This document shows, piece after piece, positions 37,601 to 46,711 of a stretch of DNA of 64,000 nucleotides. The DNA lies in IMG/VR virus record IMGVR_UViG_3300031110_000007, positions 2,472-66,471 of that record, one strand, 5' to 3'. A program made the translations under genes and the position numbers. Origin of the DNA: a virus (lineage: Duplodnaviria > Caudoviricetes). The first letter of the stretch is position 1. The number at the start of each line of letters is the position of its first letter. Under the pieces are notes generated by a model. It was not told the DNA's origin. It ran no database searches and saw nothing but the letters and a program-made list of their open reading frames with translations.

Positions 37601-40600
37601 GAAAAGAATTTATCTAAACCTACATCACTAAAAGCAAGTACTTATGGACTGACAAATGAGTATGAGTTTGTAGCTGAGTTTATGTCTAATAAGAACTTTA
37701 GAGAGTGGATTGTTGATGATAACAATATATTAGACCCTAATTCTAGTATGTTATCAAAGATTTGGGAGAGTATTAAAACAATGCTTGGTATTAAGAATAA
37801 AAAGGTAAACACAGAATTTGAATCCCAAATCCAATCGGATATTGATTCTATATTTAAAGCCCATAGAGAAAATTTAAATAAGATTATCAAAAGTCGTCAG
37901 GGGAATGTGGATACTAACACTGATACTAATACAACAGTTAATGACGATGTTAGTCAGGAAGTAACATCAACTCCTGAAACACAAGATGATTTAAGGAAAA
38001 CTGATTTATCAAACCAAACTGGGTTAGATAGTTTCATAGATCGTGTTACTAAAATGAGGGATGATTTAGATAACAATAATGATACCTTATATAAACGACT
38101 GCCTGTAGATGTTGCTAGAGGAGCTTTGAATGCGGTTATCGCAGCAGCTAATACAGCTAAATTAGGGTTAGATGCTATATCAGCCGGAGTTGACTATATT
38201 CGTTCAACAGATTGGTATAAAAACTTAGATGTTAATGAAAGAGAAGAGTTAGAAAATGATGGTGTTTGGGATTCTATATTAAGTACTACTAATGAGCCTA
38301 ACGTTGATAAAACAAATAAGGTGTCTATTCCGGAAGGCAAGTTGTTAACTGATAAATTAGAGGCTTTAAGACAAGGGTACGAACAAGGTTCAGCAGATGT
38401 ATCTAAACTAAAAGCTGATTTCTTAGAGCAAGTTAAGTCGGCTATTAAAGGCTTAGGAACTAATTTCTCTGAACGTGACGCAGGTATTTTGTTAGATCAG
38501 GCATCAAAGGTTAATAAGGATAATATTGGTGGAGTTAATAAAACAATTGACAACCTTGTTAAAAGATTAGAGAAAAGAGCAGGTAAAGCTAGAGACAATA
38601 AATTAAAAACATTACAGAAAAGAGCTAACGTAAAGGCTAGGACTAAGTATGGTAATGCCGGAGAGAATGTAAGGAAGCTTACAACACTTCCAGTAAACCA
38701 AATTCCTGATGCTAACTACGATGAATACTACTCTATAATGGAGGATTTATCAAAAGGTAATGATGTTGATTTTAATCATGTTAATGATCTTTATGACAGA
38801 CTTAGACAAAACATAAATGACTATGTTGAGAAAAAGAATGAGGATAAAGCGAACAAGGTTAAGCCTGTACCTAAAGATAATGCAGAGGCTATTAATAAAT
38901 TACAGAGTTTTGATAGAGATAATATAAAACCTTCTGATAATTTAACTGATTTTGAGAGAAAAACGTTAAGAGATTTTAAGGCTATCCCTAACGGATATTT
39001 AAATAGTCTATCTGCTGCTGAGCTTGGTAGAATTAACAGAGCTTTAGAAGCTCACAGAGACGCGGGTATTTTACCAAACAAAGTTTTAACAGACGTTGTT
39101 AATAAATATAAAGCTGAAAGAACGGCTAAGGATATTATAAACACTGTTGGAGCTAAGGTATTAAAGCCTGTATCAGGTATAACCAAGTTTATAGACAACT
39201 TAAAAGGTAGGGAGTATACATCGGATGACTTCTTTAAAAAGATCAGTCGTGAAATGATGCAGCATATTGACTATGCAGTTAAAGGTGTTAAAGGAACAAC
39301 GTTCTATGATAACATAGTGCACCCGTTAACGTCAAACCTTAACAAAGCTGATAATGAGACAATGTCTGTAGCAAACGAATTTACTAATTTGTTCAATAGA
39401 GCTGCAAAGAAAGAACCTTTTAAACTTAACGTTAAACTTCAAATGTTCCTTAGAGCTAGAGAGTTTGATTCAAACCCTGAATTAAGAGGGAATAAGGTTT
39501 ATCCTTTAGCAGAACATATGAAAGCTATGGAGGCTAATAAGTTAAATCTTAATATGCCTCAGACAGATATTAATTATGTTCAGGAGGTTTATAATGACGT
39601 TAAAGGTAAAACATCTGAGGAAATGTATAACGATTTCTCCCCGGCTGAGAAAAGTGTTATCGAGTTTATGGATAAGAAGTTGAGAGAAACAGAGTTAACA
39701 AGTCGTGATTATAATAATCATTTACGTGGTGAAACTTTGTTATATCCTACTAACTACTTTCCTCGTAAGAATTCAGGCAACAATATAAATGCGGATACGG
39801 ATGCTGATATTAAGAATCGTTTAACAAACATTCTAGGTGCAACATCTGTAAAAGCTGATCAATCGAATGAGAGGATTGCTACAGGTGCTAATCCGTTAAG
39901 TTTTGATACATCAGGTATTTTCATGGGACATATAAGACAATCAAATATTGAGGCTAATTTAGCTCAACCTTTGAAAGTTGTAGGAATGACAATATCAAAT
40001 GTTAAAAAATCTAACAATGCATCTTTAGTTAGTTTAGGAGGAGCTTTGGAAAAAACAGTTTCAAATTTGATTGATGCTCAATTAGGTTCATCCCCGTATA
40101 GCTTCAAATCAAGGTCAAATGAGCTGTTTAATACTTTTGTAAGGAATACATTCACAAAAGTTCTTGTAGACCCTGTAAGGTTAGGATATGACGTTTTATC
40201 AAACTACTCAACAGTGTATGGGTTGCATGCTGATAAGCTGCCTGCTATTATAAAGGCAAACAATAATATTGATGATAGTGTTAATAAAGTTATTCAAGAG
40301 AATATTGCGTCTACACAATCTGAGAGGTTGGGGGGCTCTAGGGCTTCTGATTATAAAGGTGCTATGAGTTCGCCAATTAATCAGGTTAAGTACAGGACTT
40401 TAAGACCTGAACCTGTCCAAAGAATGGTAGATATGTATAAGCATAATGTGTTTACAAAGTTCTCTGAGGAAGCAGGTAAACAGTATTATAAATACGCTGA
40501 TTATCCTTCACAGCATTTGTGGAAGTATTATACAAATGAGGAATTTAAAAAGATCACTGGTAATGATTTTGATGGTAAGAAGTATCGTGATGACAAATCT

Positions 40601-41479
40601 TATCGTGAGGAAGTTCACAACGATCTACAGAAAGCTGTAACACAAGCTGATAAGAAAACAGCTAATTACTTCAATACCGGAGCAACAGCAGAACAGAAAC
40701 TAATTGTTCAATCAGGTAAGGCAAATTGGTTTACGAAGTTTAATAACTTCCTTAGATCATTTACATTTAATGAGAACAGGGTTTTTTGGGATTCTTTGAA
40801 CGGTATGACAGGTATAGGTGATTCTACATTTGATTCTAAATCAGATGCATTCAGGGCGTTTGCTGTAGTCAATGCTAGGGGTATTGCTTATAGTTACTTA
40901 GGTGCTATTGCAGGAGACTGGATCGTTAAAATGGTTACAGGAGCTGACGATGAAGAGGAAGGACTGGTCAATAACAAAGCTATGAAAAAGGCTTTAGGTC
41001 AGCACTTAGGTTTGATTGCTTTAGGTAATAAAGGAGCTGTAGCAGGATTTATGGGTAACTTTATTGGGGAAATGATCAATAAGGAATACATTAAATCAAC
41101 AGGTGAGAAATACAACGCCTTTGAGGATAGTATGTTTTTTACACCAACTAAGAAAAGTAAGTACACTGATTTCTTAGGTAACTTAGGTGCTGAGGGATTA
41201 GCAGTTAAATCTGTTGTAGATTTTGGTTCAATGAGTTATGATCTACTTGATAAATACAGGGCTAATGATAAGATTACGGAGAAAGATTTGATTAAGTTCA
41301 AGACTGCTCAGTACACAACATCGTTAGTATCACAGGCAACAGGTTTACCTATTGATAGGTTTGGTAGGGTTACTCAGAAATATTTACAGGCTAAGAATCC
41401 TGTAACTGATAAACCAAAGAAACATAAATCAAAGATTAAAACATCATACTCAGGGTATGGGTCAGGTTATTACAAGTAA
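34649..41479 (+). CDS. Large internal virion/ejection protein with zincin-like metallopeptidase motif
   Basis: 2276 aa; LFHEIVHAG (HExxH) plus downstream NEYEFVAE; Gly/Ala hydrophobic stretches. Confidence 0.65.
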   Translation: MAELDEQNITPETTGGFNQTPPTGEPTLSQADRSKLDSIVMSMAKKNASKEQVQAIVSDFKTKYAKVQPSPVKTQAVPTKSPSGSAVGRSPLNDTGESTIDVSGLKDKRTLIQSMQEKAISKPKAGKEQKTSTKFDQRVNKVATQPPVKWNSKKPIDQKVKEVFSANPNKVQEGEQSLVGNSVDNYIERHTPEYKYMSTAYDTLNAQEDAKAQKDFMGLEDIGVNQQDFNMFLKNKTSYFNSDINYDSDAQKEYALNSYVNKYMVDRASYLKDKFTISNPEGRQRIIDESSTLGKNYENFKKENLPEYYKVEQQKKAEDLQFYKDVKAGKNILADAAGVSKGLIKGATYALADLVSTGADIIGFDNYADKLRFEKGFIDWIDNRGTVTNATGKKVKYNGNEYLVTADGNVIDTQTKTSVNNITKADDLNNIYKMSEESKDTDHIYSGRGYSYALSNTLGNLAFQIVATKGIGGAAAKVGITEANLGRLGATIPEMVAVGSMVGSSTYNDTLQQLRDAGVKDEEAKIEAGKVAAITSAAGAIATRFLPNTNANKLLSELNTGDVIRRSVAAFAESGSKGVSDFLKSGAKNVFSTASHTFEEGAKEMLQEFIEGAGQKQGNYWANANLDKDILSTGYTRQEILDTAILSFAAGGLAAAGGSMRSGSLGTNIQENFDMLTAIDGNKFDQAGETLINKGHLTEDQFIDLKQQVKNYKDFKNKLPDSVKGKTAVDVSQLLAEREGLKRDKKNLDEAFHPEIDSKLENVNNRIVETLNNKVNEETTTETTTGLDEDQTSAESEATNRETTYGKEVKRPLNDAELIDAVENNKPLFKDPKLVNYLKSEFNISDELINALPPDLNVTFSALMGRKGDSPIGRVLTSVIASGGYRVPREMSADNDTGVINTTSGLGDIQMNLSHMIIGSVFGDQTAGGKTLFHEIVHAGSVLTMADIREYIKNPEYQKSNKYTPEQIKAYENISDVYRTMKRKEKNLSKPTSLKASTYGLTNEYEFVAEFMSNKNFREWIVDDNNILDPNSSMLSKIWESIKTMLGIKNKKVNTEFESQIQSDIDSIFKAHRENLNKIIKSRQGNVDTNTDTNTTVNDDVSQEVTSTPETQDDLRKTDLSNQTGLDSFIDRVTKMRDDLDNNNDTLYKRLPVDVARGALNAVIAAANTAKLGLDAISAGVDYIRSTDWYKNLDVNEREELENDGVWDSILSTTNEPNVDKTNKVSIPEGKLLTDKLEALRQGYEQGSADVSKLKADFLEQVKSAIKGLGTNFSERDAGILLDQASKVNKDNIGGVNKTIDNLVKRLEKRAGKARDNKLKTLQKRANVKARTKYGNAGENVRKLTTLPVNQIPDANYDEYYSIMEDLSKGNDVDFNHVNDLYDRLRQNINDYVEKKNEDKANKVKPVPKDNAEAINKLQSFDRDNIKPSDNLTDFERKTLRDFKAIPNGYLNSLSAAELGRINRALEAHRDAGILPNKVLTDVVNKYKAERTAKDIINTVGAKVLKPVSGITKFIDNLKGREYTSDDFFKKISREMMQHIDYAVKGVKGTTFYDNIVHPLTSNLNKADNETMSVANEFTNLFNRAAKKEPFKLNVKLQMFLRAREFDSNPELRGNKVYPLAEHMKAMEANKLNLNMPQTDINYVQEVYNDVKGKTSEEMYNDFSPAEKSVIEFMDKKLRETELTSRDYNNHLRGETLLYPTNYFPRKNSGNNINADTDADIKNRLTNILGATSVKADQSNERIATGANPLSFDTSGIFMGHIRQSNIEANLAQPLKVVGMTISNVKKSNNASLVSLGGALEKTVSNLIDAQLGSSPYSFKSRSNELFNTFVRNTFTKVLVDPVRLGYDVLSNYSTVYGLHADKLPAIIKANNNIDDSVNKVIQENIASTQSERLGGSRASDYKGAMSSPINQVKYRTLRPEPVQRMVDMYKHNVFTKFSEEAGKQYYKYADYPSQHLWKYYTNEEFKKITGNDFDGKKYRDDKSYREEVHNDLQKAVTQADKKTANYFNTGATAEQKLIVQSGKANWFTKFNNFLRSFTFNENRVFWDSLNGMTGIGDSTFDSKSDAFRAFAVVNARGIAYSYLGAIAGDWIVKMVTGADDEEEGLVNNKAMKKALGQHLGLIALGNKGAVAGFMGNFIGEMINKEYIKSTGEKYNAFEDSMFFTPTKKSKYTDFLGNLGAEGLAVKSVVDFGSMSYDLLDKYRANDKITEKDLIKFKTAQYTTSLVSQATGLPIDRFGRVTQKYLQAKNPVTDKPKKHKSKIKTSYSGYGSGYYK

Positions 41480-41483
41480 TTTT

Positions 41484-41511
41484 AAGGAGGCTAGAAATAG
41501 TCTCCTTTTTT
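41484..41511 (+). terminator. Terminator ending the structural block
   Basis: aaggaggcta-gaaa-tagtctcctt followed by tttt. Confidence 0.85.
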
Positions 41512-41525
41512 CATGTACATATAAC

Positions 41526-41556
41526 AAAAAGAGGTATACCGTTTGGTACACCTCTT
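41526..41556 (-). terminator. Terminator ending the leftward block
   Basis: aagaggtatacc-gttt-ggtacacctctt with A-run on the plus strand. Confidence 0.75.
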
Positions 41557-41585
41557 GTCTCTAAATTCCATCGTAATCTTTCATC

Positions 41586-42621
41586 TTATTTAATTTTTGT
41601 TAATTCACCTAATAGGTTTATTTCTTCATTTTCATAATTAATACCTACATAATCTAATACCTCCCCAAGCCCTGTATTATATATAAAAAGTTATGCATTT
41701 TGGGGTGTGTGAGTTTTAATTTCTGAAACCTGTTCATGTCACCTTTATCTTGTTCTGCCCCAAAAGCACAAATAACACACCCAGTTTGCCTTTCCCCGCT
41801 TACCTCAACACCTTCCTCTGTAACCCTTTTATAATACACTTCACAAAACCTTATATTATACTTGTCATGATATTCCCATATATCTTTTTCAGTCCAAATA
41901 CTTATTGGTTTAGACATTGGTTTATCCCCAAAATTATTACAACCTGTTCTAAGGTAAGAAACTCTGACTCCTCAGCAGTTGTGCCTACTATAGGATGCTC
42001 ACCTGTCTCTTTATGATAATCACTGAATGGCATTTTTTAAAGTAGTCACAACACTTATTACTTACTTTAAAAGGTGTATTTATTAGTTTATGCCATTTTT
42101 TAGATAATTTAAATACGCTAGTTTTGGTTCCATCTCTCTTTATACCTGTTAAATATAAATTCCTAGACACTTTATTTCTATCTGTAGGATTCTTTAAGTC
42201 GTGTATCATTCTTGATACTTTTTTAGACCCTACAGCAAAACCATGTTCTTTAACAACATCTTTATACATCTTCTTAGGTATAAGTATTTTAACATTACTA
42301 AAACTATTTACGTGCTTCCTAAGTTCAGGAAACTCTAACTTGGTGTCAGCAAATACTTTAGTAGGTTTATTGTTTTTACTTATAAGTATCTTTTTTAGTA
42401 TTTTATACTCTAATTTTAGCATATTATCTAACTCCCCCATCGTGTAATCTATCTATAATATCAGCCATAACCTGTGAGTCTTTACCTCCTGAGAATGCTA
42501 AAAAACACTTATCTTTATAAACCTCTCTAAAGTCTATATACCTTTCAATAGTCCATTGTATTTTTTCTTCTAAACTTAGATTAACCCTGTTTACATATTC
42601 TTCGTACGTTACTTTACCCAT
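41586..42621 (-). pseudogene. PAPS reductase/PP-loop family gene broken by four frame changes
   Basis: AFSGGKDS, VFADTKLEFPE, SNKCCDYFKK, GTTAEES, KPISIWTEKDIW, QTGCVICAFG spread over successive frames. Confidence 0.8.
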
Positions 42622-42627
42622 AATATT

Positions 42628-42963
42628 TTAATTTAATTTTTCTATTTTAACTTTCACCTCACCGTCTTTCAAATCAGCAATCTTTTTAAAAGCACCCTCA
42701 CTCAAATCCAATTCCCGGCCATACTTACTAAACCCTCCCCGATCATTAACGACAACAATAACCTTTTTGTTCGATGAAACATTTGTAACTTGGAGACGAT
42801 CTCCAATTTTATACTTACTTGAAGCAGCACACGTCATTTTATTCTTATCGAAAATAACACCACTCTTTGTAATACGCCCGTGATGTTTTCCTCCATACCA
42901 CGACACTCTATACGTTTTAGTCTGTAAAACTAAAACCATTAATAATGTAGTTAATAATTTCAT
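42628..42963 (-). CDS. rlpA: RlpA-like lytic transglycosylase (DPBB domain) with signal peptide
   Basis: SWYGGKHHGRITKSG..FD...TCA...V.VNDRG...RELDLS.GAF..IA. Confidence 0.88.
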   Translation of the reverse strand: MKLLTTLLMVLVLQTKTYRVSWYGGKHHGRITKSGVIFDKNKMTCAASSKYKIGDRLQVTNVSSNKKVIVVVNDRGGFSKYGRELDLSEGAFKKIADLKDGEVKVKIEKLN

Positions 42964-43002
42964 AACACTGTTTTTAGTATCTCACGATACAATTAATAAG
43001 TG

Positions 43003-43033
43003 CAAATATACAAAAATATTTCATTAAACCAAA
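43003..43033 (-). promoter_or_regulatory. Sigma70 promoter for the RlpA/PAPS unit
   Basis: TTTG-N19-TATATTTG on minus strand. Confidence 0.7.
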
Positions 43034-43063
43034 AAGAACCACAGAAAAATTATCCTGTGGTTC
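43031..43063 (-). terminator. Intrinsic terminator
   Basis: gaaccacag...ctgtggttc with plus-strand A-run. Confidence 0.65.
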
Positions 43064-43078
43064 AATTAGTTGTGTTAG

Positions 43079-43522
43079 CTACCCTTCGAAAATACTCTTT
43101 ACAGCGTACATACAAGACGTTTCAATGTCTGTCTTAGCTTTGCTTAATCTCCTTCCGGCTACACCATTTTCTATGATAGTGTCTAAGTATCTAGCAGCGG
43201 CTTGTTTGATGTTGAATATCTTACGATTATCTACACCAAAGTCTCCGATTAATACACGGCCTTCTGTTTGTTTAGGTACTGGGCTGTATAAAAAGTACTC
43301 AATTCTTTCTGTAAGTATATTGATTAGCTCTCCCATGATATTGTGTTGAGCAATCAACCTTTGCTTTTCCTCTTTTTGAAGATCATTAAACAAAAGGCTT
43401 GTATCAATGAACATATCTAAAGCTAAATACTATAAAATCCTGTCCTGTCTTTCGTTAACTACTCTTTGTTGATGTGGTTGTAATGCGCTTGTGTCTCCGA
43501 ATGGTTTTGTGTTTGTTGTCAT
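43079..43522 (-). pseudogene. crAss001_48-like plus Acb2/Tad1-like fusion interrupted by an in-frame TAG at 43430-43432
   Basis: ATG 43522 MTTNTK...LQPHQQRVVNERQDRIL*YLALDMFI...AQHNIMGELINILTERIEYF...IKQAAA...GRRLSKAKTDIETSCMYAVKSIF, all in one frame. Confidence 0.6.
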
Positions 43523-43524
43523 AA

Positions 43525-43692
43525 TTATTTCTTTAAAAGTTTGTTATAATACTCTATCAATTTCTGCATCTTTGATTTGTAGTAATCCTCAAAGTCCTCA
43601 AACTCCTCTGAGTCTTTTTTCCAAAGTCGGTAAAATGAATCCCTCAACAATTTTGAAGGGGATTCAACTTTATCAGGGTTACTCCTTGACAT
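43525..43692 (-). CDS. Small hypothetical protein (55 aa), missed by ORF track
   Basis: MSRSNPDKVESPSKLLRDSFYRLWKKDSEEFEDFEDYYKSKMQKLIEYYNKLLKK*; fills the gap exactly. Confidence 0.7.
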   Translation of the reverse strand: MSRSNPDKVESPSKLLRDSFYRLWKKDSEEFEDFEDYYKSKMQKLIEYYNKLLKK

Positions 43693-44353
43693 ATGATGTT
43701 AATTTTTGAAGTTCTAAAAATACTTTGTAATGATCTGAAATATCTTTAGCCACAGCCTCAATATCTGCCATCACTTGTTTAATCCTTGCTTTTGTAACCT
43801 TCTTTGTTATAGGGTGAATCTTACTCCCTAATTTTAAAGGTTCATTCTTAAAAGCATTGCCTGTTCTATCAATTAATATAACTTGCACATTCTTTGGTAA
43901 AACACCATGCTCCTGTAACAAAGCTGCTGAGTAAATATCTAGTTGGATGTAATCATCATCTTGATACTCAGCAATTTTCTCATCTTTAACCTCACCTGTT
44001 TTGTAGTCAACAAGGTTTAGATAGTCATTTGAGTTTGTATCAATATAGCCAATGACATGAAACCCTTTGAACTTTAATGAGATATACTTTTCAAACTGAT
44101 CATATCGTGGGATTGTTTTTAACAATTCTTGTTCTTTAGTGGTGAATTTACTAAAATCCCCTTTCTCTAAAGCGTTACCAATCAAGCTCCCAAATTCTGT
44201 ATATTGGTTTCCAGTGAACTTCTCACCAAAGAAATACTGCCTCATGTAATCCCTCTTATTCTTTTTCCATGTACTTATCTGACTATATGATAGACAGGGT
44301 AATCCGTCCCTACTCTTTGGTAATTCAATTACGTATTCTTCTGCTTTACTCAT
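43679..44353 (-). CDS. PD-(D/E)XK (Cas4-like) exonuclease
   Basis: LSYSQI, FGS..G, GYIDT...LVDYKTG, QLDIY. Confidence 0.8.
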   Translation of the reverse strand: MSKAEEYVIELPKSRDGLPCLSYSQISTWKKNKRDYMRQYFFGEKFTGNQYTEFGSLIGNALEKGDFSKFTTKEQELLKTIPRYDQFEKYISLKFKGFHVIGYIDTNSNDYLNLVDYKTGEVKDEKIAEYQDDDYIQLDIYSAALLQEHGVLPKNVQVILIDRTGNAFKNEPLKLGSKIHPITKKVTKARIKQVMADIEAVAKDISDHYKVFLELQKLTSYVKE

Positions 44354-44354
44354 A

Positions 44355-45218
44355 CTAAGAATTTAATTGTTTAATGTGAGCTTTAGTAAGTTTTGTTGTC
44401 TTACCTTTAGCAGTTGATACTATGGCATTTAGGATTGTTGACATTTTTTCTGCATTCTCCTTTGTTGCATCATTAAACAGTGTCTTTAAAATTTCATTAT
44501 CAGCCTCACTAAAATGACCTTCAAACATAGCCGTTAACAAAGGCTTTTCAACGAGTGGGGCAGGAACATCGGAAATGTTTTTAAACCTATACAATATGTT
44601 ATAAACGGCCTCTACGTCCTTCTCACAATACCTACTAATCCTTTCAATCTCACCATCCCAATACATTTTTGGTACATCAGCTCCTGAAATATCATCTTTA
44701 GGTGAAGGTATTCCAAGTGCATTTGTTACCGCAACCAAGCTCGTAAAACCCCAAAGCTCTGCTGTATCAACAATCCAAATGATTTCCCAAGGCTTCTTTC
44801 CGGATACATCAACCAATTTGTGAGGGATAACCCCGTTGACAATCGAGCGTTTAAAGATATAAGGTATGTCAAAAGTCTTGATAAAATGACCTGACACCTT
44901 CCAATGCTTTCTCCTAAGAGTTTTGTTAAACTTCTCAATAAGTTCTTTTTCATTCTCATCATTAAATGTCATTGTTACAAAATTACCATTATGAAGTGTG
45001 CCTACAGAGATACAAGCAATCCTACCAAACTCCGGATAAAGTGCCCCTTTCTCATGATACAAATCTAATAACTCTATGTCAGTTAAATTTAACTTTTTAT
45101 TAGTATAGGACCAAGCGTCAAACAGAGGAGTATTTAACTCCAACTGTTTAACTAATGTAGTGGTCTCAATATCAATTACTAATAACTCCTCTAATTCTAT
45201 TTTATTAATTGCCTCCAT
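44355..45218 (-). CDS. DnaQ/PolB-type 3'-5' exonuclease
   Basis: IDIET, GHFIKTFDIPYI, VDT, YCEKDV. Confidence 0.85.
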   Translation of the reverse strand: MEAINKIELEELLVIDIETTTLVKQLELNTPLFDAWSYTNKKLNLTDIELLDLYHEKGALYPEFGRIACISVGTLHNGNFVTMTFNDENEKELIEKFNKTLRRKHWKVSGHFIKTFDIPYIFKRSIVNGVIPHKLVDVSGKKPWEIIWIVDTAELWGFTSLVAVTNALGIPSPKDDISGADVPKMYWDGEIERISRYCEKDVEAVYNILYRFKNISDVPAPLVEKPLLTAMFEGHFSEADNEILKTLFNDATKENAEKMSTILNAIVSTAKGKTTKLTKAHIKQLNS

Positions 45219-45466
45219 TATTTAATTTGTTTTAATTCAACTGAACTCATACCTGCTCCGAACTCGTTTAAAGTAAAGTGATATGTTTCAAAATCTTTCT
45301 CTACTTTTATTCGGGTGGCATAAGTACCATTACTACCTGTTCCCTGAGATTCAAGTTTTTGACGTACTTTTAATACGTCATTAACCTTTAAATCTTTGAA
45401 CATTTGTCTTTTTGTTTTAGACTTTACCTCTGTTACGATGAAAAGGCCTGTTAATTCTAATCCCAT
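45218..45466 (-). CDS. Hypothetical protein
   Basis: 82-aa ORF in operon. Confidence 0.7.
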   Translation of the reverse strand: MGLELTGLFIVTEVKSKTKRQMFKDLKVNDVLKVRQKLESQGTGSNGTYATRIKVEKDFETYHFTLNEFGAGMSSVELKQIK

Positions 45467-45475
45467 AATTAATTT

Positions 45476-45724
45476 TTAAAATTGGTTAACATAAGGGTAT
45501 TTACCACTCAACTCAGATTTAATAGAATAATAAATAGTCTCTAAACTTGCTAAAGGCCAATTATCACTTGCTATCCAAACTGTCTCTGAAAAAATTTTAC
45601 CATCTTTGTAAGACAATTTAAACTCTGCTTGATGCTTAGATGTTGTAGTTCTATACCCATCTAAACAATATTCATAGACTCTTAAAAGTTTAATTATCTT
45701 TTTATAATACTTGCTATTTAACAT
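45476..45724 (-). CDS. Hypothetical protein
   Basis: 82-aa ORF in operon. Confidence 0.7.
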   Translation of the reverse strand: MLNSKYYKKIIKLLRVYEYCLDGYRTTTSKHQAEFKLSYKDGKIFSETVWIASDNWPLASLETIYYSIKSELSGKYPYVNQF

Positions 45725-45725
45725 A

Positions 45726-46547
45726 CTACAAATCCATTAAAATGTTTAACGGTGTATCTTCATTCAAAATAACAGCACACCCGATAGCAGGTTTCTTAAA
45801 CCTCTTTGCATAAGCCATTGCGTAAGAATCCCAGTCAACACCACAACCAACCTGAGTCCCGAATATTTTCATACCATCACCAACGTGATACCATGTATAA
45901 GCCTCTGTATGAATGTGACCCTGAACAGTTGACATCATAGAGGATAAAGCTTTAGTTCTTGCTGTACCACCTTCCCCGTGGATATATTGAACCTTACCAA
46001 TAATATGACGATCTTTAAACTCCCAACCCGGTGTATTCAATACCTCTTTAAACTCCTTAATCCACTTCTGAGGGATTGCAGATGATTGAGCTTTACGCAT
46101 GATTATACGATCATGATTACCGATAATAACCGTTGCTTTAGGGAAGGCTTTATACCATTCACCAATCCTCTCAATTGCTAAATCTAACTCCCTAGAGCCT
46201 CCATGCCCTTCTGTATCTGTTTCATGATAAGATGAATAATGATTATCAATAATATCCCCAATGAAAACAACCTCAGTACATTTGTACTTATGAAATTGTT
46301 CAATACAAAACTCCAAATAACCTTCCTTTTCAAAAGGAGTATGTAAATCACCTATAACAAGTACATTACGTTTATTCTTTTTGTATGGCTTTGTCATCTG
46401 CTTATACCAACTCCTAATTGTTCTAGGTGTTACACCAAAGTAATTAGATAAGTTTAACTGCGCTTTCTCTCTTGTTTTATGATTTAAATAGTAAGAACTA
46501 ATTAAGGCCTTGTCATCCAAATTTAACTTATTAAAACTTTTATTCAT
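45726..46547 (-). CDS. Calcineurin-like metallophosphoesterase with N-terminal HTH
   Basis: GDLH, GDIID, GNHD, HGE, GHIH; N-terminal FGVTPRTIRSW. Confidence 0.88.
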   Translation of the reverse strand: MNKSFNKLNLDDKALISSYYLNHKTREKAQLNLSNYFGVTPRTIRSWYKQMTKPYKKNKRNVLVIGDLHTPFEKEGYLEFCIEQFHKYKCTEVVFIGDIIDNHYSSYHETDTEGHGGSRELDLAIERIGEWYKAFPKATVIIGNHDRIIMRKAQSSAIPQKWIKEFKEVLNTPGWEFKDRHIIGKVQYIHGEGGTARTKALSSMMSTVQGHIHTEAYTWYHVGDGMKIFGTQVGCGVDWDSYAMAYAKRFKKPAIGCAVILNEDTPLNILMDL

Positions 46548-46548
46548 A

Positions 46549-46698
46549 TTACTCCGCTGTTTTGTTAATATTTAATTTGAAATTCTTTAAATTGTTGATT
46601 GCTTCATCAATAGCTTTGTTAGCTTCCTTTAACAATTTATCAGCTACAGCCTCATACACATCATTTACATTGTCATGAATTTCATTTAATGTACTCAT
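46549..46698 (-). CDS. Small helical hypothetical protein (49 aa)
   Basis: Manual translation MSTLNEIHDNVNDVYEAVADKLLKEANKAIDEAINNLKNFKLNINKTAE*. Confidence 0.6.
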   Translation of the reverse strand: MSTLNEIHDNVNDVYEAVADKLLKEANKAIDEAINNLKNFKLNINKTAE

Positions 46699-46711
46699 CA
46701 CTGATTCTAAA

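Noticed and set aside
40560-40590. NDFDGK as an RNA polymerase catalytic motif
   Set aside because: Lacks the third Asp of DxDxD and no other polymerase context is evident
1691-43432. Genome-wide TAG reassignment as in some crAss-like phages
   Set aside because: TAG ends complete-looking genes (22236, 31956), long genes are open in the standard code, and no suppressor tRNA is seen; only two suggestive TAGs
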